64,000 nucleotides of DNA from assembly GCA_040954595.2 (NCBI GenBank), contig CM082579.2, positions 5,452,879 to 5,516,878 of the forward strand, read 5' to 3'. This document shows positions 41,256-53,200 of this stretch, in pieces (positions within the stretch are counted from its first letter, which is position 1; the number at the start of each line of letters is the position of its first letter). The notes under the pieces are model-generated. The model did not search any database and was not told the DNA's origin. It worked only from the letters and a program-made list of their open reading frames with translations. A program made the translations under genes and the position numbers. This stretch comes from Balanoglossus misakiensis (Eukaryota > Animalia > Hemichordata).

Positions 41256-41945
41256 TATATGTACAACACACTTGAGAAACCTGTAATTGTGCAGGAGTAC
41301 TGGAACTTTTCTGACACTTTGCTCATATTGACAACCTGGGGATAAGTTGATGCAATGCACAAAATTGACCTGGATTTTTGTCAAGATTTCTCGTGGATAA
41401 TTTGTGCAACATCCTGTCCACGGTTGTGGGGACGGCCAGTTATGTTATGGTGTTCTCTTAGCAGTTGATACAATCACGCCACTGTGACCAGTCAGTCTTA
41501 TCCAACCCATAGGTTGCGCAGCTACATGTAGAGAGCTCAGACACACAAGCAGGCGGACAGATCCATCAGAATCCATTAATCCACAGATGCAATAGCAGAT
41601 TATGTGAAAGGTAAACCCATGGTTTCTTCACATGGAGTAACAGTAGTACAATCAATGGCTAAATTCCACAGCTCAAAGTCAAGGTCAATGTGACCTCTGC
41701 AAGGACTGCAATGTCTGACAGTCATACATGATGTATCATGAAGAAAGTTGATCAACTGTTGAAAAACCATGGATCTCGCTCCTATTCCCATGCAAAACCA
41801 ACGGAAAAACACTATGACCGGTCCTGATTTCACGTTGTGTTCATTATGAGTAGCAACAAATCACTGGGTTGCATAAGCCTGAGTATTATAGAGTCGGCTT
41901 TCTACACAATTCATTCGGTGAAATAATCTGTTAAACAACATGTTG

Positions 41946-42209
41946 TTACTGGTTCATTCCTTTAGACTGCATACTGTCTAGCCGGTTGACCATAAAATTT
42001 GTAGAATCGATGAATCTCTCCACACAGTTCGACAGACAACTCTCCGTCTTTGAGTCCATCTTACTTCCGAGCCTGCTGTCGGCAACGCACTTATCCCAAC
42101 ACTGAGCGGTGAGCTGATGTACCAGGGTTTGGAACCGCTGCTTTTGGGATTCTATATTCAAAAAGTGGGCGATTTCTGGATCGACATCTTGGTTCGGGAG
42201 TCCTGCCAT
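41946..42209 (-). CDS. TIMM8: Mitochondrial small Tim chaperone Tim8 (single coding exon, 87 aa)
   Basis: ESQKQRFQTLVHQLTAQCWDKC...KMDSKTESCLSNCVERFIDST: twin CX3C plus Tim8 signature residues. Confidence 0.95.
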   Translation of the reverse strand: MAGLPNQDVDPEIAHFLNIESQKQRFQTLVHQLTAQCWDKCVADSRLGSKMDSKTESCLSNCVERFIDSTNFMVNRLDSMQSKGMNQ

Positions 42210-42619
42210 TGTATCCTCGTGTGTAAGTTGTAATTTTGACTGTATAGGTGGTAATATCCGTTTTGTTTGGCGATTTTGTCCCAGGAACGTGTAGTAACCT
42301 CGTGGAACTCACCGGGAGATTTCACCTTTGACCTGTACCACAATGCAATATGATTTCCGCGTTTGGTTCATTATTGTTGGTTGCGATTTCGGAATATGCC
42401 ATCCTTCTCTTGCGTTAAATTTGAGACTTTTGTAGAAATGTTTCCGTATAACCAATTACAAAGGTTAAGGCCATTTATTATACAACATAGGAGTAACTCT
42501 TTGACGTGAACTAAGGTCTAAATATATTAAATAAATTGTAGAGTAAGTAATGTGGCACCCCTACTGAATAATCGTACTGTCTGCTGACGTAACGTGACCC
42601 GGGAAAACCTCTGTTCAAA
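42210..42619. promoter_or_regulatory. Bidirectional promoter TIMM8/TERF2IP (~410 bp between start codons)
   Basis: Divergent ATGs at 42209(-) and 42620(+), with a CRE-like TGACGTAA near 42585. Confidence 0.55.
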
Positions 42620-45600
42620 ATGGTGAGAGAAAGTGAAGGCAGAGCCTTCGAACATTCTTCTACACTATTTACAACTGATGATGACGAGCCAATGGTATTT
42701 TACATGCGACCCTGTGATGCAAGGATGAAAGTTAAACCCATCATAGAGGTTAGTTTAAGAAGTCACGTCTGTACGACTGTATATCACACACTGACAGTAC
42801 GTCCCGTGTCATCAAAAACGCATGTAAACTCCATCACCTTTCATTCTCTTGCAGCATGGGGGCGGTACCATCACCAACGATTTCAACAAAGACAGCTGTA
42901 TGAAGTGAGTGACTAATTATTATTTTGCTTTGCAACACTGTGAAGGTTTCAACTACAGAAATACAAGAGTAAAATGTATGTGAAAATATTGTTTATTTAT
43001 TTATTTGGTCAGTAATTTCCTATATAATAACATAGATGCATATCTCATTTAGGTTATCAGTTTCCAGTGAGATTAGACAGTATGATGGATACGTCAACGT
43101 GACCTACATTGAAGACTGTGCCAAGGAAAACACACTTTTGCCAGTTGAACCATACAGGTAGGAGGGTGATGCTTTCAAACATACCAGAGACCAGAGTGCA
43201 GCCAACTTTGCTTGGTGCTGTGTGCATGGAGGTACTTATTAAAGGACGGGATACATGATGTCCTGATATGATGTTGGATCTATTTTCATTTTTTTCCAGA
43301 CTGAAAAAACAAGCCAGATCCCCAGCCTCCACCTCTTCCACACCAAATACTGTCATCAGTAGAGGTATTGCGTAAGTGTCAATTCAAAAATCTTGTGGTA
43401 ATTCTGAGACAATCTTGCTGTCATTCAGTGGGATTAATTGAACAAACAAATAATAGATTAGTTGCAACTAGAGTATTGGCCTGACTCAAGTTTTAGTTAA
43501 CATGATTGTTGCTTGTCACAGTAAAAGATTCATCCATTGACCTCTTTCTACATTTTGACAGGCGCTTTAAGTACACAGAAGATGAGGATGATGCAATACT
43601 GAGGTACATGGCAAAGCACCGCTATGATCAGTCATCTGGAAATACAATGTATCGGAAGATGGAGATGTTGAAAGCAAGTAGAAGTCGTTAAATATTAGAG
43701 AGACATTCGCTTTGACTTTTGATGATCATTTCACTCCTTCTTGTTCTACTGGCTGTTCAAAGAATATTCGTGAACTGAATCTGAAGCCGACCAACAATTT
43801 TTGTGCATCGGGTTGAGGGTTTGGTGACATTTTATTTCATATATAGGATTTCAAGTCATCAGTGTTCTCCCCATCTACCAATTAAAAGAGTGTCAGGGGG
43901 GAAATAAAAAAAAAATCATTAATGTAGCAATTTATGTTGTCATGTCAATAAAGTGTTTCCTTTGGTCTTGCAGATTACAGACCACTCCTGGCAGACAATG
44001 AGAGATCGCTATCTCAAGAAACTCAAGCCAAAGTTGGGTGTTTATATTGAGATGCTCAAGACAACTGAGAATGGAACAGCAAAAAAATCTGAGAATGGAA
44101 CAGCAAACCCATCCGAGAATCAACCAAACCTAACAGGTAAATATGGAAACCACACACACCACCCCCCCCCCCCCCACCACCCCAAAAAAATATATTTGAC
44201 AACAATAGGAGTTATTTAATTCAGTTGAATTCTCTTGGCAGACAAGGCAGGCCCGGACACCTCTGTTGAAATAGAGGAGTTTGACAGCAGTGGTGATGAT
44301 GCAGGAGAGACCGACTGCACCAGTGACTTATCGTCCTTTGATGCCCAGCTGATACATGTAGCCAATTCTGAACAACAACAGAGTGATGGGACAGATCATT
44401 CAGAAAGCGAGGTCACTTTCAAGAGTCCTCCTTCGAGGAACCTCAGGAGTGGAACAATAGGCAGTTTCGGTGTGGGCAAAGGCCCTTCAAAGAGGAGCGC
44501 TCTGGCAGAAGGAAGGAAAGGAGTTACAGGCGAGAGGAATCTGAAAGCTGCGGAGGAAGTCGGCGAGTCCCGCGTCACTACACGGAACACTGCTCGTCAG
44601 TCTTCAAGGCCCAAGGTAGTTGTGGAAGAAGACGCATCCCCTGCTGAAGGAACAGAGGTCCCTTCTCCCGAGAGGTCCAGCTTGAAACCCCGCAGACTGA
44701 CAAGACAGTCGGAAGCAAAACGTCTGGTGGACGAGGAAAGGCAACCGGAAAGTACGGACAGTGCAGGAGACAGAGAGCAGAGTTCAAAGGTTACCAGCGG
44801 CCGTGAGATGGCCCAGGAGTTGGAGGAAGGAAGTCCTGGAGGCGGGAACACAAGTGTTGGGGAAACTAGAATCGAACAGTGGATGAAACGGCACGCTGAA
44901 GAAGACGAGAAGTTTTATAAGATGATACTGAGAGAATTTGGGGACGTCTCAGAAACTGACAGCAGTGATGAAGATGGAAGAATCCGCCTAACTGAAGCCG
45001 AAAGAAAGATGTTCAGGGGAGGATGCAGCGAGGATGAAGAGGAGGACCAAGAAACGGTCTCCGGGAGACAGACGAGAAGCCAGGAGGCTTCAGGGGATGA
45101 GAGTGATCCTGTTTCCAGGCGACACACAAGGAGTCATGAAGATGAAGATGAGGAGGATGACAGATTTGTTTCCAGGCGACTCACAAGGAGTCAGAAAAGA
45201 AGAGAGGATTCAGAAGACGAGTCTGATGCAGCGTCCGAGGGACAGAACACACGTCGTCGCCAGAGGCGTAAGGCTTTGTCAAATCAGGACCAGGCAAGTT
45301 GCAAGAGAGGAGAATTGAAAAGGCAGCATGCAGATGACAGCAGCACAGACATCGCTGACCTGACTGAAAATGACCAGCCACCAGAAGCAAAGAGACCCAA
45401 AGGTACTGAAAAGTGTTGCTTTGAAACATGGTTTTTTGTCTTTGATTCTGTGGGATGTACATGTACATGTAGATTGTAATACAGCTGTCTTTGTTTACCT
45501 TGATCAGAATGCAGGAAAATATAGGTTACACGCATACACATATGCATGCTGTTGCATACTCACACACACCTGTTCAGCCATACATCACAGATTGTATTTA

Positions 45601-46675
45601 TACACAAAACACACTGAAAAAATACAGCTGCACTCAAACCTGTATGTGCATTGTCATTGTCAGGAAATCAAGACTCCAAAGACAAAGCAACCACAGTTTT
45701 GATTTCACCGACGCGCAGTCCCAGGCTTCGAAAGTTTATCATGGAAGATGTTGACAAAGTATTCATGGGTAAGAGATTCAACAGATTTGTATAGAGATGA
45801 ATGAAAGGAGGATGGTTGTGTCACTACTATGTCAGATGTTTGGCAAATTGCTTTCACAAAATATTATTAAGAGTATGACAAATTTGATGGGATAATGGCA
45901 GGACAGACTTTCACGGAATCTTGTTTCTCCTGTGCTTGCATTGCAGCAAGCCAGTCCCAGGGTAATGACATGCTCAGCTCAATAGAATTGGAGATGGAAA
46001 ACAGATCAGAGAGAATACAAGCCGAAATGCAGGTATGGTGGGATCTGTGTCAGTCTGTTTGTGAAAGAAATCTTGCATGTGCCCGGGATTAAGTCTTGTA
46101 AATTATGATGTCTCTGTCTTTTTGTTTTGTGTAAGAAACTTTGTTCTGAATCAGTATTTTTGCTACATTCCATCTGTCACTTTTCTGTTTCCTTATAAAG
46201 GCAATGATGGACGATTTTGGTTTATCATTGGATGCTGCATTCATGACCATGTACATGTGCAGCGGGAACATCAGTGCCGCTAGACACTATATTACTCATG
46301 GAACACTGCCATTAGGTGAGCGAGATTTAGTCTCAATGATTTATTAAATAAAACATCCACATATAACCCTAGATCTTTGCCGAGTCTGAGTGTATGTTCC
46401 CTAAATGCAGTGTATAATGTAGAATACTTGATGCAGTTTACTTCAGCATTGCGGTATGTGATTGTCACAAACTGCCCCCCTTGTGTAACCTGTTAAATGT
46501 CTGCTTTGTTGAAGGCTGGCCTGTTTGGAGCAAAGAAGATGATGAAACACTACACAGTTCCAATCCTGAGGACATCAGGCGACTAACAGACAAATATGGA
46601 TGTGAAGAGTTGTCTAGGCGTATTGATTTTCTGCATTCTATATCTTCAGAAGAGACCTCTAATAGCAGCGGTTGA
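42620..46675 (+). CDS. TERF2IP: Telomeric repeat-binding factor 2-interacting protein 1 (RAP1): BRCT, Myb, long acidic linker, RCT; 11 exons
   Basis: Exons 42620-42748, 42855-42904, 43053-43157, 43300-43371, 43562-43673, 43974-44136, 44242-45402, 45664-45768, 45947-46032, 46201-46315 and 46515-46675. BRCT: HSSTLF...FYMRP...HGGGTI...YIEDCAKEN. Myb: RFKYTEDEDDAILRY...GNTMYRKME...TDHSWQTMRDRYLKKL. RCT: GWPVWSKEDD...KYGCEELSRRIDFL. Confidence 0.92.
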
Positions 46676-47217
46676 AGATGCTTTACTTCTGATAGTCTAT
46701 GCCTTTCGGGGTAGAACACAGCCTCTGGGACAGACATGATAGTCCTCCAAAACTTTCAGTGTTGAACTTTGAAGTTTGTGAGAAGTCTTCTGGAAGTATT
46801 TTGTTGTTGTTGTTGAACTGCATTTGCTTGGCAGTTTCTGTTAAAGTTTACACTGTTACTAAAATGTTCATTAGAAAATTGAATGTTATGTTGGTGATGG
46901 CTTGTTCAGTGGCAGCGTCAGAAAGTGAAAATGCCAATATGGACAAAAAAGAGGTGCTGACACATCCAAAGTAATTTTCATGAATATTTATTTCTATCTC
47001 AGCGTATTATCTGCATACAACCAAGATCGGTCTTCTATGATGGAAAACCAACACTGGAGAATCCATCACACGTATAAGTCGCTTCTACGTTGAAAATCGC
47101 TGTCAATACAAAGACGTGCACAAGTCCTGTGATTCATTCCTCCTTTGTAAACAACAGAACGGGCTTGTCTTGCTGATTTTTCCAGGTATTCCTTGTAAAA
47201 AAAAAAGTACTGTCGCT

Positions 47218-50200
47218 TCACTTGCGTCGACTCTCCAGCATATCTAGGTGTTTCAGAAAGAACCTAATCTCTTGACTCGTCTGGCTGTGTTTGAGCCCCC
47301 ACTGGGCAGCTTCCATCCCGCACTGATTCAGCCGCTGGTGTCCCACGCCAGAAGAAACCGAATCGGGTTTGTAAACGCAGTAATGCACCAGGACCATTGC
47401 AGATTCCACTGGATTAGGGAAGTTCAGTTCCTGGATAAGATGAGATGAGATGATTCAGAGATGGAAGAAAGCAGTTGAATTCGAATTGACATATTATTGA
47501 GATAAAACAAAGTCAATAATTAAAACGGTTATTGCCCTTTAATGATTGCTCACAGCATTGCTTACCTTCATAATCTTGGGCAACTGTTGCAACTGATCGA
47601 TGACTTCAGTCTGTTCATCCGACAACACCGTCATCGACACCCCGGGATGTGAATACCTGGCGTCCAGGGGCAGCTCTTTCCAGTCGGTCGGCAAAACCGG
47701 CACATCTCTGATGACATCGTCGCCGTCACCGGTGTCTTGGTCTGGTTTGGGCGTACACTCTGCTGCTGCATTGTCTGTGATGTTGGACTCTCCATTGACA
47801 ATACCACCTTCTTTAGGACTCTCTCCAGTTGAGTCAATGTTGATCCTTACTTGGCTGCAGCTATCCAACATCACGTTGTTTTGATTTGCAGTCTCAGTGT
47901 TATCACTCTTATCTGATTTCCTGTCGGGGCTACCCAGGCTGGCAGCTTGACTGTCGTCAGTCCGTGCCCCAGAGGCAAGTGGAGTTGAATCTTGTTCACC
48001 AGCTTGGCTGGAACCACCAACATGTACCTTCGAGTCAGATTCCAGCCCCTCAGCTGTTTCACTTTCCAAAAACTGTGCCTGGGAACATGTCGAATCATCC
48101 TCTCTCCCATTCTCAGCTTTCGCGGCCTGCTCTTTTTTCCGCTGCGCTCGTTTCAACTTCTGCTCCTTCCTGGACTGTCTCTTCTGCTGGGCGATGAGTG
48201 CCTTCACAGCCTTCTGTATGAAGTGCAGTTTGGCCAGCAAGGCGTACTTTGTGGCGTAGTTATCGGACAGCAGGGTTTTCGAAATCACCTCCAGTTTCGC
48301 AGTCGCGTTCTGTGAACACAGATCTGCCTCCTTTGGGCTCTCCTTGCCTCCAGCATCCCCCGAGGGACCCAGACTGATTTTGTTCGATTTTTCATCATTT
48401 GGCGGAGGGCCACTGGAAAAGTCTCCACCAGCAGAGTTGCAAGCACCCTCATCTTTGTCATTCAGACAAACACGGTCTCCGTCTCCAAGTTGGTCGGTTT
48501 CAGATGTTGGCCTCAATCCCATCTGTTCAGTCTCTAATGTCTGAACAGCTAAATCAGACGCAACACCTGATGAGATTTCAGTCTGCTTTGTGTTCTCACT
48601 CAGAAGATCAGCATCGTCCCTCACTTCCACGTTATCGGCCTGAGCCTCTTCACTGACTGAGCCATGATCAGACTTGGTGCAGTGAGTACCGATTCCGCCA
48701 TCTCCTCCATCTATGCCACGTATCTGATCCTGATCTTTCTCTCCTGAATCTGAATCTGTTGTGGTCTCAACGGCATTGCCAGGCGGCTTTGACCACCACA
48801 TGTCGTAGAGTGCAAGCAGACAGTAGTGTGCCTGCAGAGAGTCCAACTTGTACAGTCCATCAGCATCCAAGCCAGTTCTAGAAACATCACCAGACTCATC
48901 ACCCTTGGAAGTTTCCAATGATTGACGGAAGAATGTAAATGTGGTCCATCCTGTGGAAATGGAAAATTTCAGGAAATTTTAGTGTTATCAAACTCTTAGT
49001 AGATTCAAGTCATTCACATATTGATTACAATACATAACTTGAGACAACATGAAAAACCAGAAAAGTATGGATAAATAGAGCAGGTACAATATACAGATGT
49101 AGATCTATAAGCTATATACAGTTCGCCTCATAGAGTGAAATACAGAGTGAGCACACAGCATACTTACCCTGAGTCGCTATGATCCTACACAAGCATTGTT
49201 GAATCTCATACAGGCCCCTCTCGTGGCAGGTCTCGACAGCTTGTAGCCAATGGCTGATGGCCGTTGCAAACTGTGATGTCATGATTGACAGGAGAGCCAG
49301 TGTCATGTCGTACGATATATACAGCAGAACCTGCAGGAATTGAAAGTGAGTGCTACCGAGTGAACTTTGCTTTGTTGAAATGGAATGCAAATTTGTCATG
49401 TTATCAACCAACTCTATTGAACGACTTCCAATTTGACAGCATTCTATGAGTTCAGTTGGCATGTCTCATCTCCCCCAGTACACCTACCTCTCGTTCAGTG
49501 AGTTGGCCTCCTTTCATCTGTTTGGCAGTCGACAGGGTGTGGTAAAACTTAGTCAGGTTTTCGCTTGTCACCTGGTCGCAGCATAAACCGCACCAGACTC
49601 TCATCGCGTAGAAGTAAAATAATTCACCATGAGCCGTGCACGCCTCCCACCAGCTATCTTCAACTTGACTCGGTTGAATGTAGTCTGCGAGTTAAACAAC
49701 AGATTTCAGTATGATACAAATACATGCCCTCAAAGGGGAATATTTGTTAGCATGAATGTATCTGTACAGTGTCTGCAAAAATATACAGCCACATGTTCAG
49801 CAACAGCACACCAAGGAAATATTCTAACCTTTGACAGATGGATTAAACATCAAAATCCATTCTGGAATATTGACATCTTCTGTCTGCCAATCAGCGAAGG
49901 TTGCGTCTTGATACAGATCTCCAGAAAGTGAGTTCATCTCCAACAGACTCTGAACCATCAACTGATGTATGATGAGTTGGAGTTGATGGACCTGGAAAGA
50001 AACAATAGAATTCCACCTCAAATCATAACACAGTGATAACACTCATCTCTCATCATATGTTGAACAGGGTGGGCTCACTCTTTTTGATGTGCCTCTTCAC
50101 TGTAAGCAGATCATTACAGGATAGACTGTTTGTTGTTTCTGAGCAAACTGGCTTACCTGGACGTTCTTATGACCTAACAGAACACTGTGTGCTGCCAGCC

Positions 50201-53200
50201 AATCAGCATTCTCTTGGCACTGATTGGCACACTGGAGAGCCAATGAGGAGGCCTGCTCGTGCTCATTTGCATACAAAGCCACCTGGCATGCTGTCCTGAG
50301 AGCTGGTACGTCTCCCCGTCTTGAGATTAATCTGACAGCATCACAAGCCTGATGGCACGCTAGATAACTGGAAAGGGACAGAGGAGGAGGATGACATCAG
50401 TGAAATAACTGAATTTTTTTTTAACTGCATGGTTTTGAGTTAGTGTTGGGTTTCAAACATGACTGTTAAAGTGAGGTGAATGCATCAGAATATCAACTTA
50501 CCACTTGGCAGCCATTTCAAAGTTCCCATCATTCTCCAGTTGAGCCGCCCAAGTCTGATACAGTTCCATCAACACTGGGTCGCTTGGAGCCAGTCTTACC
50601 TTGGCAAGGGCCACAGCTTCCCTGCAATGAGACAAACTTCATTTCTCTTGCAATTTTTTTTATAGAAAAATACAATCAGAACTTAAAACCTCCATTGTCA
50701 GTGACAATGTACACAAGTTTTTTAATTTGACATATTGAAACGGAAACCAATTTTCACTACTATCACACATACATCTACTTACTTGAGAAATTTGTGTTCT
50801 CTCAGCACATCGATTGCATCATAGACCTTGTGACATGCCACTAAATAGGATGTGGCTTTCAAGAACTGATCCTGGGAACAGAGCTGTCTGGCATAGGCCT
50901 CTGCTGTTTGTAACCACAGATCTTGACCCCCTAAGATGACAAACACAACCAAGTCTGGTGTTAACCCTTCGAGTCCTTTCAGAAAATAACTGAAGGTTAC
51001 TGGAGGAGTCAAATGTCAATGCACTAAGAACAGTATACACTTTTAGCATTTGGCAGGACAAGAAAAGGAAACAAATGCCTGACTACCTATCATCCCTTTC
51101 GCTAACACTGAATTTTCCAGTAAAAGCCAGCGATCCATAACCATAGAGTTAAACCTACCTAGGGGGACCCATGAAAACTTTATGCTCACCTAGAGGTGCT
51201 AACGACACAAGCCAATCGTTGAGTTGTCCATGTTCCATGGCAACCTGTAAGGCTTTGCCAATATTGCCTTTCCACACTTCTAGCTGCAAGTAGTTTTCAA
51301 GATTGCCCATTTCCTGGTGGTAACAACCTGCAAAGTCAGTTTAATAGAAAAGTATAATATCCTCTCAAAACTGCTGTTTTTCATCAAAACGCTGCCACAT
51401 ATGCAGAGAAGTCTTGTTTAAACAGAAATCTTTCAGACAATGAAGTATTAAACAAGGGAGAATTTCTGTCTGAAATACCTTCTTCTTTGAACAGACGGAA
51501 CGCTGCCTTTCTGTCTGCAAACAGGCCAATATTACAGTGTTCACCAGTTCCAGCAGAAAATCCATCAATGCTGTCAGCAGCTGTAACAACAAAATTTGAA
51601 GGAGTGTAAAACATAAATATATCAGTACAAGCATATTCATACAGAAATCAATTTATCTGCACAGTATGATGGGTTTGTTAACATTTTTATCACATAACTT
51701 TCTCGCAATTTGTTTCTTGTTCAAAATCAGAATTAGCCCACTTGCAAACGATGGTCACTTATAGTGCCCTGTGCTCATTTGTATACAAACAATACTAACT
51801 TACTGTACAAAGACTGTGCCAACAGCTTACAATCCTCCTGCATGAAGTTTTTACCTCTGTTGTCTAAAGAACTTGACTTTGGAAATAGAGATTTGGGTTT
51901 CTTTTTTTTCCTTTCAACCGTTCCTGTAATAAAATGGAAGCTATTTAGTCATGTATATGTACTGCTTATGGGTTACAACGATTGAAGTGTCAACGGGACT
52001 GCCCATACCTTTTTTGGGCACTGAACCAGCAGATGTTGTTTCCATAGCAACATCCGCAGCCACCCTGTCCTTCTCATCAAGCCTTTCCTTGGTATCCACG
52101 ACGACATCGAGTAGCTGGCTCGTAATCGCACGGCTTTTATCTTTGGCTTTCTCCTCTTTGCTGGGGACGTTTGTCTTTTTGCTGTCTTCATCTTCAATGT
52201 CACCTCCACTGGTTTGTTTGTCTTTCAGTTCTTCGATCCTCTTCTCCACAAACTGTTCCAGCATCTTCAGTTCCTCACTGGATGGCGTCGCAGTCGGCGG
52301 GGCCACTGGCCGTGCGTCTGTCTTCACTTCTTGAGACTCTCTCGTCTCTTGTCTCTGTTTGTTTTTGTTTTTCCCTTTGGATTTAACGCTCTTATGCACG
52401 GAAATGTGTGCTGCTCGCCTGCCTGGAAAAATCATTCACATTTCACAAAGAGTGATCAGACCCTGCTCCACACTACAAGTCATAACAAGATGCTGTCACT
52501 GTTATTTTAAAGTCATTTACCATTACTTATTCACTACTCAACTGATACTACACCGATTTGAGTTCCGACAGACAGAGAGGCATGAAAGAAGACTCACTTT
52601 TGGGCGGTCTAACATTCTCCTGTTGAGACGCTCTCCACCTCTGCACCGTGAAATCTTCCCCGCCTGTGTAGACAGAGTCAGGGTCGACACCACTCCACAC
52701 AGCGCTGAACACTCGGCCGTGATGCCCTCGGTAGTTCGCCACAGGCTCTCCCTTCACAACATCCCACACCTGTGGACCGATAAAGTGCGAGCAAGAAACT
52801 TTCTGAAACATCATACTTTACCCTTTGAACAACTTCTCGAATGTATTTATTTTTAATTGCACCAGAACCATGTCAAAGGTCATGGTTAAGTACACACAGC
52901 CTTCTCTGACTTCATCTAGACTACCATGAGCACATTGTGACCAATGGAACACTAACCTGAGCTGTTCCATCATATGACACTGACACCAGCTTCTTGTCAC
53001 CATGGGGACTCCACGACAACCCTGTCACTCGCTGTGAATGCCCATTCAGGGTGCAGTAGCTGCTTGTGATTGGTGGTTTCGTTGGTGTCCTGGACACTGA
53101 ATAAAAAACACACACCTAATTACCCTTCAAAAGCTAGTACATGTACCTTAAGACATAAATCGTACGTGTTGGGCGATAATGCACTAACCGCAGAATTCAT

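Noticed and set aside
43720-43784. Possible C/D-box snoRNA in the RAP1 GC-AG intron (TGATGA...CTGA)
   Set aside because: Imperfect C box, weak terminal stem and no rRNA or snRNA complementarity I could recognise. A snoscan or Infernal run would be needed.
52038-52051. X-box match GTTTCCATAGCAAC
   Set aside because: Lies inside a GEMIN5 coding exon (VAMET codons) and shows that such matches can arise by chance.
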